This document shows positions 44,776 to 53,482 of a stretch of 64,000 nucleotides of DNA, piece by piece (within the stretch, counting starts at the first letter, position 1; each line of letters begins with the position of its first letter). The position numbers and the translations under genes are program-made. The stretch is from positions 108,716 through 172,715 of the forward strand of contig JBMNEZ010000001.1 of assembly GCA_050949045.1 (NCBI GenBank). The letters run 5' to 3'. The notes below the pieces were generated by a model. It did not search any database. It worked only from the letters and a program-made list of their open reading frames with translations, and was not told the DNA's origin. Origin of the DNA: Candidatus Izemoplasmatales bacterium (GTDB taxonomy: Bacteria; Bacillota_I; Bacilli_A; Izemoplasmatales; Hujiaoplasmataceae).

Positions 44776-44824
44776 TTGCATCAAACTCATTTACACAGAT
44801 AGATTAACTTGATATAATTCGTTT

Positions 44825-44861
44825 GGAACGCTATAGGCAGATTACTGTCTATAGCGTTTCC
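44825..44861 (+). terminator. Intercistronic stem-loop between giant GH3 C and lipoprotein C (possible partial terminator)
   Basis: GGAACGCTATAG, 12-nt loop, CTATAGCGTTTCC. Followed by GACGATTATTTTT. Confidence 0.55.
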
Positions 44862-44915
44862 GACGATTATTTTTACTATCTATCTTAGCTGTAATCACAA
44901 TTTTGGAGGAAATCC

Positions 44916-46082
44916 ATGTTAAAAAAACTACTTATTCTACTGACTATCTTCGTATCAACAACAATACTAATAGCGTGTGTTGATACAACGACAACTGTGG
45001 GTATGGTTAAAACAACAACGACTGTTTCTGGTTCCACAAGTACTTCTGTTACCAATACTCCCAAAACAACTACTTCCGCGATCTCCCCTTCCACAACAAC
45101 CACTTCCATCAGCACCGCCCCTCCCGGGACAACCACTTCCATCAGCACCGCCCCTCCCGGGACAACCATTCCCATTAGTACCACTCTTCCCGTAACAACC
45201 ACTGACGGCACGACTTCGATCAATACCGGACCGGCGACATTGAATTATCAAGGCGCCGCATTGGCCAATGGTACAGTTGGGATACAATACTCTGCTAACA
45301 TCAATACCGCAACCGGCGCTAGTGGAATCACATACTCTTTGAAGTCGGGAAGTTTGCTTCCAGACGGATTGTCGCTTGCAGGAGGTATTATCACAGGGAT
45401 TCCGACTGTCGCAGGGACAAAGCAATTTGTAATTGTTGCCGACGCGAGCAACGCGGTTGCCCCAGTAGAAGCGACTTTCACGATTGTAATCGAAGAAGAA
45501 GAGCCTACTGGTCCAAAAACATACATTTTTGAAGCCGAATATGTTGATTTCACCGATGTTTGGGGTTCAGGGTGGTCAAATACCCAAACCGAATGGGGGA
45601 TGGTTGCCGGCGATGGGGTCACAACACCGGTAAGCAATGGGATGTATGTCGCCTACTTTGTTCCCCCGGCGGGATCTTTAAAATTCCCCTTCACTTCTGA
45701 TGCAGCGGGGACAGGTAAACTAACCTTCTCTATGGTCTCGGAGTATGTTAAAAACTGGTTTGGCGAATTTGATGCGATTCATCTGAATCCCGAGATCATG
45801 AAACTCAAGATTAATGGCACCGAGATAAGCTACGAGGTATTTGTATTGGGTGTTAACGGACCTACAGAAGCCTTCAAAGAATACGTCTTTTTGGAAGAAT
45901 TTGCCATTCGTCAAGGTGAAAACATGATTGAGATTATCATGGAATCATCCAACGATTATTTCCCCGGAAGAGTTGGGGGAGGCCCAAACGTTGACTACAT
46001 GAAGATCGAATCTGAATTGAACTTGGTTATGAAAAAAACTTGTTCGACAGTCGATGAAGTCATCTTACGACGAGGTTATTAA
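44916..46082 (+). CDS. Surface lipoprotein C: Thr-rich linker, He_PIG-type Ig domain, C-terminal CBM6/35-like domain
   Basis: GGAGGA ribosome-binding site. MLKKLLILLTIFVSTTILIAC lipobox. T/S/P-rich linker. LPDGLSLAGGIITGIPT. C-terminal YIFEAEYVDF...KINGTE...IRQGENMIEI...VDYMKI. Confidence 0.8.
   Translation: MLKKLLILLTIFVSTTILIACVDTTTTVGMVKTTTTVSGSTSTSVTNTPKTTTSAISPSTTTTSISTAPPGTTTSISTAPPGTTIPISTTLPVTTTDGTTSINTGPATLNYQGAALANGTVGIQYSANINTATGASGITYSLKSGSLLPDGLSLAGGIITGIPTVAGTKQFVIVADASNAVAPVEATFTIVIEEEEPTGPKTYIFEAEYVDFTDVWGSGWSNTQTEWGMVAGDGVTTPVSNGMYVAYFVPPAGSLKFPFTSDAAGTGKLTFSMVSEYVKNWFGEFDAIHLNPEIMKLKINGTEISYEVFVLGVNGPTEAFKEYVFLEEFAIRQGENMIEIIMESSNDYFPGRVGGGPNVDYMKIESELNLVMKKTCSTVDEVILRRGY
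45096..45161 (+). repeat. 2 x 33-bp perfect direct repeat in the Thr-rich linker
   Basis: ACAACCACTTCCATCAGCACCGCCCCTCCCGGG occurs twice in tandem (TTTSISTAPPG x2). Confidence 0.9.
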
Positions 46083-46094
46083 TAATTATCCAAA

Positions 46095-46129
46095 ATACTA
46101 CACAACGCATTTTTTGTTGTGTAGTATTG
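46095..46129 (+). terminator. Rho-independent terminator after lipoprotein C
   Basis: AATACTACACAAC, loop gcatttttt, GTTGTGTAGTATT, then GATTTTGG. Confidence 0.7.
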
Positions 46130-46388
46130 ATTTTGGCATTGAAAAGGGCAAAAAATAGCATTTGTTTTGTAATGTCTTTACATAATTAATAACTTGATTG
46201 AAAGTACTTGTTTTCTAATAGTCTATCTTTCAAACCAATCAGCATTTTGCCTGATAGGTTTCAACACATCATATAAACTAGCAATCGATAATTAATTAAA
46301 TAATTATCTTGTTGCCGTTATTTTGTGAGGATTTCTAAGCGTATCCAATTCATATGCTTGGGTGAGATGGCAAATATTGTACTGTAAT

Positions 46389-46417
46389 TTGACAAGAGCC
46401 TTTGATTGCACGAATAT
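46389..46417 (+). promoter_or_regulatory. Candidate sigma-A promoter for GH3 C'
   Basis: TTGACA, 17-nt spacer, GAATAT. It would give a ~340-nt leader. Confidence 0.35.
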
Positions 46418-46640
46418 TTTTCTATTCAGAATTGCTTTGCGACTTAAAAATACTTGGAATCAATGGTTTTCTTTATGCAATTTAGTTGTTTTTGATCCGA
46501 ACTTGTTTTTAAGGCTGAGCATCATAGTATAAATCTGTCAGCCATTCAGCGGCTATGTCTTGTGCTCGGCCTGGATAACCGTAATTGAAGTTTCATATTC
46601 AAAATCATGTAGGTATTAATCAGCATAATAACTTTTATGA

Positions 46641-46658
46641 TTTGAATTATAATTCAAA
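46641..46658. promoter_or_regulatory. 18-bp perfect palindrome TTTGAATTATAATTCAAA (candidate operator)
   Basis: The sequence is self-complementary, verified base by base. It lies 100 nt upstream of the GH3 C' start codon. Confidence 0.35.
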
Positions 46659-46758
46659 CTAGGACAGTCGATTTTTCTTTATTCAGTATTAAATTTAGGT
46701 TAAATATATAATATAAATTTGACAATATTTTCCAATGATTTACAGAGGGGGAAAAAAG

Positions 46759-49716
46759 ATGAAGATAATATGGAAAAACTTAAGCACAAGAATATGGCTA
46801 ATCATATCAGCAATACTTTCTTTCTTAATGCTCATAACCATAATAGCTGTGCAAATACCGTTTTTGAGTCAAACGATGAATACATTGTTTGGCGGAGAAA
46901 GAAGAATCATTACCAGCCCTTCCGGCGAGAGTTATATGTATTATGAATCTGATTACTTTTCGAAAGCGTTGACCTTGCAAGAGGCCAATAAACTTAACGA
47001 ACAAATCGTCGGAGAAGGCGTAGTGCTTCTAAAAAATGATAATAACGCGCTTCCAATTACCGGCTCTAAAGATATTAGTGTTTTTGGCAAGAATTCAGTC
47101 AATCTAGTTTATGGCGGATCGGGATCCGGTGAAAAAAGCGATATGCTCGATACGGATTTATATAGCAGTTTAGAAGACGCGGGATTTACGACAAATCCTA
47201 TTTTAAAAGCGTTTTATAAAGATAACTCCAAGTCTGGTAACGGGCGACCAGCCAATCCTTCAATCGGCGCTCAGTTAACCGGATTTCCAACTGGAGAAAC
47301 ACCAATTTCAAGTTATACACAGGATGTCAGGAACAGTTATAACCAATATGATGACGCCGCGATTGTCGTTTTTTCGAGAATCGGCGGTGAGGGCTATGAT
47401 CTTCCGAGAACGATGCAAGTAAGCTTTACTGATCCTTCTGCAGTAGAAGGGGCTTCCAGCGCCCAGGATCACTATCTTCAGCTAGACGCCAATGAAAAGG
47501 CGCTTCTTGAAGAAGTAAAAGCAAACTTCAGCAAAGTAATCGTTTTGATCAACAGCGCTACGACGATGGAACTGGGCGATCTTCAAGACGATGATGAAAT
47601 CGACAGTATTCTTTGGATTGCCACAACCGGAGGAACGGGAATCAATGCAGTAGGTGATGTGTTGAGCGGCAAGATCAACCCTTCCGGTCGTACTGTCGCG
47701 ACATATGCAAGAAACTTTAGAAACGATCCGACTTGGCATAACTTCGCATATAACGGTGTTAAAAACGGCAACCGTTACGTGGTTGGCGAAATTAATAGAC
47801 CGTTCTATTTCGTTGATTATGAGGAAGGCATCTATGTCGGGTACCGTTATTATGAAACCAGAGGATTTGAAGAGATAAAGGCCAATCCAGCTAGCACGTG
47901 GTACGAAGACAATGTCGTTTATCCTTTTGGTTTCGGATTGAGTTATACATCGTTTAAATGGGAAATAAGCTCCACATCATACCCTGATGAGTCCGTCTTG
48001 ACTAAAAACGGAGTTATTGAAGTGACAGTGAAAGTTAAAAACACAGGCACTGTAAAAGGCAAAGAAGTTGTCCAATTATATTACACGGCGCCATATACGA
48101 ATGGCGGCATCGAAAAAGCCCATGTCGTGTTGGGGGCATTTGCCAAGACCAATGTGCTAAATCCTAACCAAAGCCAAGAACTAAAATTGAGCCTAAAAGT
48201 CATGGATATGGCATCTTATGATTATAATGATGCCAATAACAACGGATTTAAAGGTTATGAACTTGAAGGCGGGAACTATGAGATCAAAATTATGAAAAAC
48301 GCTCATGAACTGGTTGATTCTCTGACATACTCGGTTCCTGCAGGTGGGTTCAAAGTCGACTCTGATACCGAGTATGGAGTTCAGCCTGAAAATCGTTTTG
48401 ATGATGTCAGTTCCAAGATTAATAGTGTTAATGTCGAGCAAACCGGCGGAACGATGACACTTATGTCAAGGGCGAATTTCGCTGGCACGATGCCTTCGAC
48501 ACCGACTCTCGCCGATCGTACAGTTAGTTCCGGATTCATTGACAGTCTAGCCTATCCCCAACAACCATGGACTGTGGATCAGGGCAAGCCGTATTACACA
48601 GCTAATGCTCCGATTCAGGCAAGTTCGGAACTATCGGAAAACGAAGTCAATTTAATGCTTTACGACATGATCGGCGTCGCTTACGATGATCCTTCATGGG
48701 ACACTTTCCTCAACCAATTGACGGTCGGGCAGATGGCTACTCTGATTGGCAGCGGCAACTTCCACACCGAGCCGCTTGTCAACCTCGGAAAACCGCGGAC
48801 AACGGATCCCGACGGACCTGTCGGGTTCACCAATTTCATGGAAATCGGCGAAGCCACCGTCTATGACACCTGTTTTTATGCCAGTCCCTCGATTGTCGCG
48901 GCCACTTGGAACGTCGAACTCGCTTTTGAACAAGGCAAGATGGTCGGCAACGAAGGCATTTGGGGGAATGACCGGGGCGATCAGGCTCCTTATTCGGGCT
49001 GGTACGCTCCCGCTGTCAATATCCACCGGACTCCCTTCTCGGGTAGGAACTGGGAATATTACAGTGAAGATGGATTCTTGTCGGGTAAAATGGCAGCCAA
49101 TGTGATTTTGGGAGCGAAGGAAAAAGGGGTCTACACCTTTATCAAACACTTTGCCGTCAACGATCAGGAGACGAACCGCGATTCGAACGGCTTGTTGACA
49201 TGGCTTGACGAGCAGACGATGCGCGAGATCTATTTGAAACCGTTCGAGATGGCTGTCAAGGAAGGCAAGACGACCGCGATTATGTCATCATTTAACAGAC
49301 TCGGCAAGGTTTGGGCAGGCGGAAGCTACGAATTGCTGACGGAAGTGTTGCGGAACGAATGGGGATTTAAAGGCACGGTTATCACCGACTACAACGTTTA
49401 TGCCCATATGCCCGCAGACCAGATGATTCGTGCCGGTGGCGATTTGAACCTGATCCAAGACAAGCGTCCGACGACATCAAACGAAGCTTTGACCAGCACT
49501 CAGATATCATTGATGCGCCAAGCTTCAAAGAACATCCTGTTCACCGTAGTCAACAGCAACGCGATGAACGGCTTGGGGGCCAACGCCACCATCAGATACA
49601 TTTTGCCGCGTTGGAAAGTTGCGATGATCATCATCGAAAGTTCAATTGCCGGGTTGATTATAATCTCCGGGGCCATCTTGATTACTAGTGTTTACAAAAA
49701 GAAACCGATTGTTTAA
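46759..49716 (+). CDS. Doubly membrane-anchored permuted GH3 glycosidase C'
   Basis: I moved the start to MKIIWKNLSTRIWLIISAILSFLMLITIIAV (GAGGGGG ribosome-binding site). Motif order: LLKNDNNALPI, IGGEGYDLP, NPSGRTV, then YPFGFGLSYTSF and GKEVVQLY, then [49 protein letters not shown]-terminal PRWKVAMIIIESSIAGLIIISGAILITSVYKKK. Confidence 0.85.
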   Translation: MKIIWKNLSTRIWLIISAILSFLMLITIIAVQIPFLSQTMNTLFGGERRIITSPSGESYMYYESDYFSKALTLQEANKLNEQIVGEGVVLLKNDNNALPITGSKDISVFGKNSVNLVYGGSGSGEKSDMLDTDLYSSLEDAGFTTNPILKAFYKDNSKSGNGRPANPSIGAQLTGFPTGETPISSYTQDVRNSYNQYDDAAIVVFSRIGGEGYDLPRTMQVSFTDPSAVEGASSAQDHYLQLDANEKALLEEVKANFSKVIVLINSATTMELGDLQDDDEIDSILWIATTGGTGINAVGDVLSGKINPSGRTVATYARNFRNDPTWHNFAYNGVKNGNRYVVGEINRPFYFVDYEEGIYVGYRYYETRGFEEIKANPASTWYEDNVVYPFGFGLSYTSFKWEISSTSYPDESVLTKNGVIEVTVKVKNTGTVKGKEVVQLYYTAPYTNGGIEKAHVVLGAFAKTNVLNPNQSQELKLSLKVMDMASYDYNDANNNGFKGYELEGGNYEIKIMKNAHELVDSLTYSVPAGGFKVDSDTEYGVQPENRFDDVSSKINSVNVEQTGGTMTLMSRANFAGTMPSTPTLADRTVSSGFIDSLAYPQQPWTVDQGKPYYTANAPIQASSELSENEVNLMLYDMIGVAYDDPSWDTFLNQLTVGQMATLIGSGNFHTEPLVNLGKPRTTDPDGPVGFTNFMEIGEATVYDTCFYASPSIVAATWNVELAFEQGKMVGNEGIWGNDRGDQAPYSGWYAPAVNIHRTPFSGRNWEYYSEDGFLSGKMAANVILGAKEKGVYTFIKHFAVNDQETNRDSNGLLTWLDEQTMREIYLKPFEMAVKEGKTTAIMSSFNRLGKVWAGGSYELLTEVLRNEWGFKGTVITDYNVYAHMPADQMIRAGGDLNLIQDKRPTTSNEALTSTQISLMRQASKNILFTVVNSNAMNGLGANATIRYILPRWKVAMIIIESSIAGLIIISGAILITSVYKKKPIV

Positions 49717-49773
49717 TACTGATTTTTCAGCATCAAATCTGAAATAACGTCAAAACCTGTTAATCTTTACTAA

Positions 49774-49812
49774 AAATAGGTATCGTTTCCAACAAATGAT
49801 ACCTATTTTCTT
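49774..49812 (+). terminator. Terminator of module C
   Basis: AAATAGGTATC, 13-nt loop, GATACCTATTT, then TCTTT. Confidence 0.7.
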
Positions 49813-50023
49813 TAAGGTGAGGAGAAGAGAGTCTTTTTTCATTGTAACATCGCCATAATTCTTTGGTTTATCAGGGCCTACTTTCAAGGACTTGCTTTAC
49901 TAATGATATTCTTTTTCTCCTATACTAACATAAGGGTTGACCGCCTCCGCCTAGACGAAGTGTTTTTTCTCTAATTATTGAAGTTGAACTCAATTGTATC
50001 AATATGCAATAAGCTCAAATACA

Positions 50024-50056
50024 TAGAACAGCCGGCTTGACAAGCCGGCTGTTCTA
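50024..50056. terminator. Perfect 16+16-bp palindrome; bidirectional terminator between convergent operons
   Basis: TAGAACAGCCGGCTTG, a, CAAGCCGGCTGTTCTA. A decayed copy lies at ~55803-55833, at the same distance from the GT2 stop codon. Confidence 0.6.
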
Positions 50057-50113
50057 CATGTTATTAGAAGATGTTATGAAAGAAACTTATAGGCATCAAA
50101 TTTGATTAACGGA

Positions 50114-50156
50114 TTAGCTCAGTTTCATGCGAAATGTCAGAAATTTGTAGATGGGA
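50114..50156 (-). pseudogene. Possible vestige of the 3' end of a GT2 gene (homologous to 55885-55927)
   Basis: About two-thirds of the positions match by eye, including the stop codon (GGATTAGCTCAGTTTCAT vs GGATTAACCCAGTTTGAT). The spacing to the downstream palindrome is the same (~55-58 nt). Confidence 0.35.
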
Positions 50157-50882
50157 TTAACTTTCCTTTTTTTCCAGTTCTTCTTTTTTCTCTTTACTTT
50201 GTGGGAATATGACTTTGAAGATTGGGAAGAATACCCAGAAGGAGATCGCGGAGTAGATGATCATGGTAATGAAGTCGGCGATCGTTTCACCGGTTGCGCC
50301 CCAACCCCAAATATTCATAAGCAAATTGTAGATCGGTACCGTGTACAACCCTCTGGCGGCCGAGGCAAAGATGGTTATCGCCACATAGGCGACAGCGTAC
50401 CAAAAAGCGGCCTTCCAGGGATTGCCATCGGATTTGAATGTGATGTTTCTTTGGGCAAAGAAGTTGATGACCTGGGCAATTAACAAAGTGATTTGAACAG
50501 CGAGGAAAAAGGCGAGACCGCCACCACCGCCGCTTGCCAGAGTCCCGGCTTTAAAATCAAAGATAAAGTAGTCCGACCCATCAATGTTCTTCCCTAGTTG
50601 CCAGATTTGGAAATTAATGTTGATAAGATTGGTCTTCGCAAAAATGGCTTTCAGGATCGGCATCAAGATCATCTGTAAAACGGTAACGCCGTTACTTAAC
50701 ATGAAAAACACAAGAAATTGAGCTACGTTCGGGAATCTCTTTTTGAACTTTTTCCAGAGATTGACCCACCATTGGACAAAACGGGATTGACCTAACTTTC
50801 TAAAAAATTCTTTGACTTTACTTGGTTTTTCTTCTTGTGTGACCGGAGCTTCAACTTCGGCCATTTCTTTTTCTTCACTCAT
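50157..50882 (-). CDS. GtrA-like polytopic membrane protein with an acidic N-terminal extension
   Basis: 4-5 TM helices. GtrA-type block LLIAQVINFFAQRNITFKS. The start overlaps the GH3 stop (ATGA). Confidence 0.55.
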   Translation of the reverse strand: MSEEKEMAEVEAPVTQEEKPSKVKEFFRKLGQSRFVQWWVNLWKKFKKRFPNVAQFLVFFMLSNGVTVLQMILMPILKAIFAKTNLININFQIWQLGKNIDGSDYFIFDFKAGTLASGGGGGLAFFLAVQITLLIAQVINFFAQRNITFKSDGNPWKAAFWYAVAYVAITIFASAARGLYTVPIYNLLMNIWGWGATGETIADFITMIIYSAISFWVFFPIFKVIFPQSKEKKEELEKKES

Positions 50883-53329
50883 GCCTCTTTCACCTTTCTA
50901 TTTTTTGTTTTATTTTTCTTTGAACGTTTTTTTCCTTCCGCAAAGAATTTGCCCAAGCCTTTGAAGAAGCGGCCGTTGAACATCATGATCAGGCCATCAA
51001 GCTGTCCCATGGTGATCATCCCGCCGGACATATGGGCGAGCCCTCGCATTGGCAAATGGAGAACTCCCATTGCCAGAGTATTGGACAATGATCTCATTCC
51101 AAAGAAACGAAGGAACTTGATCGCAAAGCGGACGCCACCGGAAAAAGCTCTTCCGACCCACCGCTTGGAGTACCTCAACTGTTCAACGGTCGTGTTGTAT
51201 CCAACAACGAGGCGGTTCTTTTTATAAAAATCATATGTTGCCTTCGGCACGGGACGGCCGAGGATGTTTTCGAATTCTTCGCTTGAGACGTCTTGGATCT
51301 TACCTGTCGTATAAAGAGGAATCTTCGATAATGATACCGGCGACTTCAGTTCCGTTCCTGTGACAGAGACCACTTTGCTCAATTTGATATCTTGGGAGGA
51401 GGAGCCTACCATAATATCATAATCCGCAGTCTCGACTTCCCATTGATTGGTGAGCGGATTATAGGTTTCAAAGGCTTCCTTGTCGAGCTTGATCTTGACT
51501 GTCTTGCTTTCTCCTGGGCGGAGTTCGACTTTTGAGAATCCTTTTAGTTCTTTTTGTGGGCGGTAAACTTTTGAGTTCTTCGCGCGAATATAAACTTGGA
51601 CAACCTCTTTGCCGGGCATTTTTCCGGTGTTCTTGAGTTTGAAACTCACTTCTTCAAAAGAGGCCGAGAGATCGGAATAAGCAAAAGAGGTATAGGACAG
51701 ACCATAGCCGAATGGATATCTGGGTTTGACGCCGGCAGTATCGAAGTAGCGGTAACCGACATATAGGCCTTCGCGGTATTCGGCAGTCATCTGTTTGCCG
51801 GGATAATTTTGGGAAGTGGGCGTATCCTCATATTTGAAGGGAATCGTTTCGGAGAGTTTCCCCGAGGGATTCACCTTTCCGACAAGGATATTCAGTGCAG
51901 CTCTTGCGCCGGCTTGCCCTGCAAGCGAAGTATGGAGGATAGCGTCTGAACGATCCGCAAAATCCATTTCAACGGCACTGCCGCAAGCTAGGACAACGAC
52001 AAGTTTCTTGCCGAGGCTGGCGAGTTTGTCGAACAACTCCATCTGATTAAGCGGCAGTTTGAGATTGCTGCGGTCGATTCCTTCGACTTCGCTAAATTCG
52101 TCAAGACCGATATACAACAAGATTGTGTCTGCTTTCTTGGCAAGTTTGACTGCTTTTCTGATTCGACAGCTGCTTTTTCTGCCATAGCGACTATAACCCT
52201 GCTCGTAACCAACGTATTGAAGATCATACTCACCAATGGCGTCAACGGCATTGTCCAGCTTTGTCGGATTTACTATCGAAGAGCCGGCTCCCTGATAACG
52301 AGGTTTCTTGGCGAAGTCACCGATGATGGCGACTTTCTCCTGTGACTTAAGCGGGAGAGCGCCCTTGTCATTTTTTAAAAGGACGATTGACTCTTCCGCG
52401 ATCTTCTGCGCTAACAGGTGATTGGCTTCGTTATCAATAACGACCTTGCTTTCCTTGACAGCTTTGCTTGTGTCAAAGATCAAAGTCAATAGTCTATCAA
52501 GGTTCTCGTCAAGCAGCGATTCGGGGATGGTTCCGTTTTTGACAGCCGCGACGATTTCGTCATTTGTCTCTCCGCCTGTGGTTGGCATTTCCAATTCATT
52601 TCCGGCTATCAATCCCTTAACCCGGTCGTTCGATCCGCCCCAGTCGCTGACGACAACTCCCGGGTACTTCCATTCTCCACGAAGGATGTCTCGCATAAGG
52701 GGGATATTCTCATTGGTATATTCGCCGTTGACTTTGTTGTAAGAGGACATGATGACTTTCGGCTTTCCTTCTTTGATGCCGATTTCAAACGGTCTGAGGT
52801 AGATTTCTCTCAAGGTGCGTTCATCGATGATTGAATCAACGGCCATCCTTCGGAATTCCTGATTGTTGGCGGCGAAGTGTTTCAAACAGCCGGAAACACC
52901 GGCTGACTGGATTCCTCTGATGTAAGCGGCGGCCATCTTTCCGGCAAGCAGGGGATCTTCGCTGAAATACTCGAAGTTACGTCCGCAGAGCGGGTTTCTT
53001 TTGATGTTGATTCCCGGGCCAAGGACAACGTTGACTTTCTGGCTGACTGCCTCTTTGCCGAGAGAAGTACCCAGCTCCTCACCGAGTTTTTCATCCCAGC
53101 TGTTGGCGACAGTGGCGGAAGTTGGATAGCACGTTGCCGGAATACTGGCATTTAGCCCTAACTGGTCGGCAGCGGCCGCTTGTTTCCTTAGACCGTGGGG
53201 CCCATCCGAAAGAAAAATACTGGGAATTCCGAGTTTCTCCAGATTCATTGTGGTCCAGAAGTCTTTACCCGACATAAAAGAGGCTTTTTCTTCCAAAGTC
53301 ATTTTCTGGATGATTGCTTGATTTTTCAT
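50879..53329 (-). CDS. Cytoplasmic GH3 beta-glucosidase-like enzyme, canonical domain order, copy 1 (816 aa)
   Basis: I moved the start to MKNQAIIQKMTLEEKA, as in copy 2. SDGPHGLRK, KHFAANNQEFRR, VVVSDWGG (nucleophile motif), then [30 protein letters not shown] and GKEVVQVY. No signal peptide. Confidence 0.9.
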   Translation of the reverse strand: MKNQAIIQKMTLEEKASFMSGKDFWTTMNLEKLGIPSIFLSDGPHGLRKQAAAADQLGLNASIPATCYPTSATVANSWDEKLGEELGTSLGKEAVSQKVNVVLGPGINIKRNPLCGRNFEYFSEDPLLAGKMAAAYIRGIQSAGVSGCLKHFAANNQEFRRMAVDSIIDERTLREIYLRPFEIGIKEGKPKVIMSSYNKVNGEYTNENIPLMRDILRGEWKYPGVVVSDWGGSNDRVKGLIAGNELEMPTTGGETNDEIVAAVKNGTIPESLLDENLDRLLTLIFDTSKAVKESKVVIDNEANHLLAQKIAEESIVLLKNDKGALPLKSQEKVAIIGDFAKKPRYQGAGSSIVNPTKLDNAVDAIGEYDLQYVGYEQGYSRYGRKSSCRIRKAVKLAKKADTILLYIGLDEFSEVEGIDRSNLKLPLNQMELFDKLASLGKKLVVVLACGSAVEMDFADRSDAILHTSLAGQAGARAALNILVGKVNPSGKLSETIPFKYEDTPTSQNYPGKQMTAEYREGLYVGYRYFDTAGVKPRYPFGYGLSYTSFAYSDLSASFEEVSFKLKNTGKMPGKEVVQVYIRAKNSKVYRPQKELKGFSKVELRPGESKTVKIKLDKEAFETYNPLTNQWEVETADYDIMVGSSSQDIKLSKVVSVTGTELKSPVSLSKIPLYTTGKIQDVSSEEFENILGRPVPKATYDFYKKNRLVVGYNTTVEQLRYSKRWVGRAFSGGVRFAIKFLRFFGMRSLSNTLAMGVLHLPMRGLAHMSGGMITMGQLDGLIMMFNGRFFKGLGKFFAEGKKRSKKNKTKNRKVKEA

Positions 53330-53345
53330 AATTAAGGATCGTCCA
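50905..53345. repeat. Segmental duplication copy 1 (partner 56984-59424, offset 6079 bp, direct)
   Basis: Collinear near-identity over ~2.44 kb, with roughly a dozen substitutions spotted by eye. The flanks are homologous but much more diverged. Confidence 0.9.
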
Positions 53346-53414
53346 ATCTGTATGAAATTTTGAAAAACTAGCGACAATGTCTTTATTGACTTAAGCGCTA
53401 ACAACTATATTAAC

Positions 53415-53423
53415 ATTCTATCA
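53415..53423 (-). promoter_or_regulatory. Extended -10 (TGaTAGAAT) upstream of GH3 copy 1; conserved at 59498-59506
   Basis: ATGATAGAAT is conserved upstream of both copies despite flank divergence. Confidence 0.4.
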
Positions 53424-53482
53424 TATAAATAAGATAGCGCCACGACATTGAGCATATTTTGTTGATATCTAGGCATACATTG

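Noticed and set aside
44885-45425. Minus-strand ORFs of 112-152 aa (VVVPGGAVLMEVVVPGG...), and the similar 62207-62506 ORF (VVTGAVVTVVVG...).
   Set aside because: They are antisense to Thr-rich (ACN-codon) linker regions of lipoprotein genes. Val/Gly-rich shadows are expected there.
46719-46946. 75-aa ORF overlapping the start of GH3 C', plus the upstream in-frame Met at 46735.
   Set aside because: The ORF is in an alternative frame with no support. For GH3 C' itself, the ATG at 46759 has the GAGGGGG ribosome-binding site at the correct spacing, whereas 46735 has none.
50106-50135. GGATTAGCTCAGTT resembles the D-arm start of a tRNA.
   Set aside because: No acceptor stem, anticodon arm or T-arm (GGTTCGAATCC-like) follows. 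The stretch aligns instead with the 3' end of the GT2 gene, so it is a duplication remnant.
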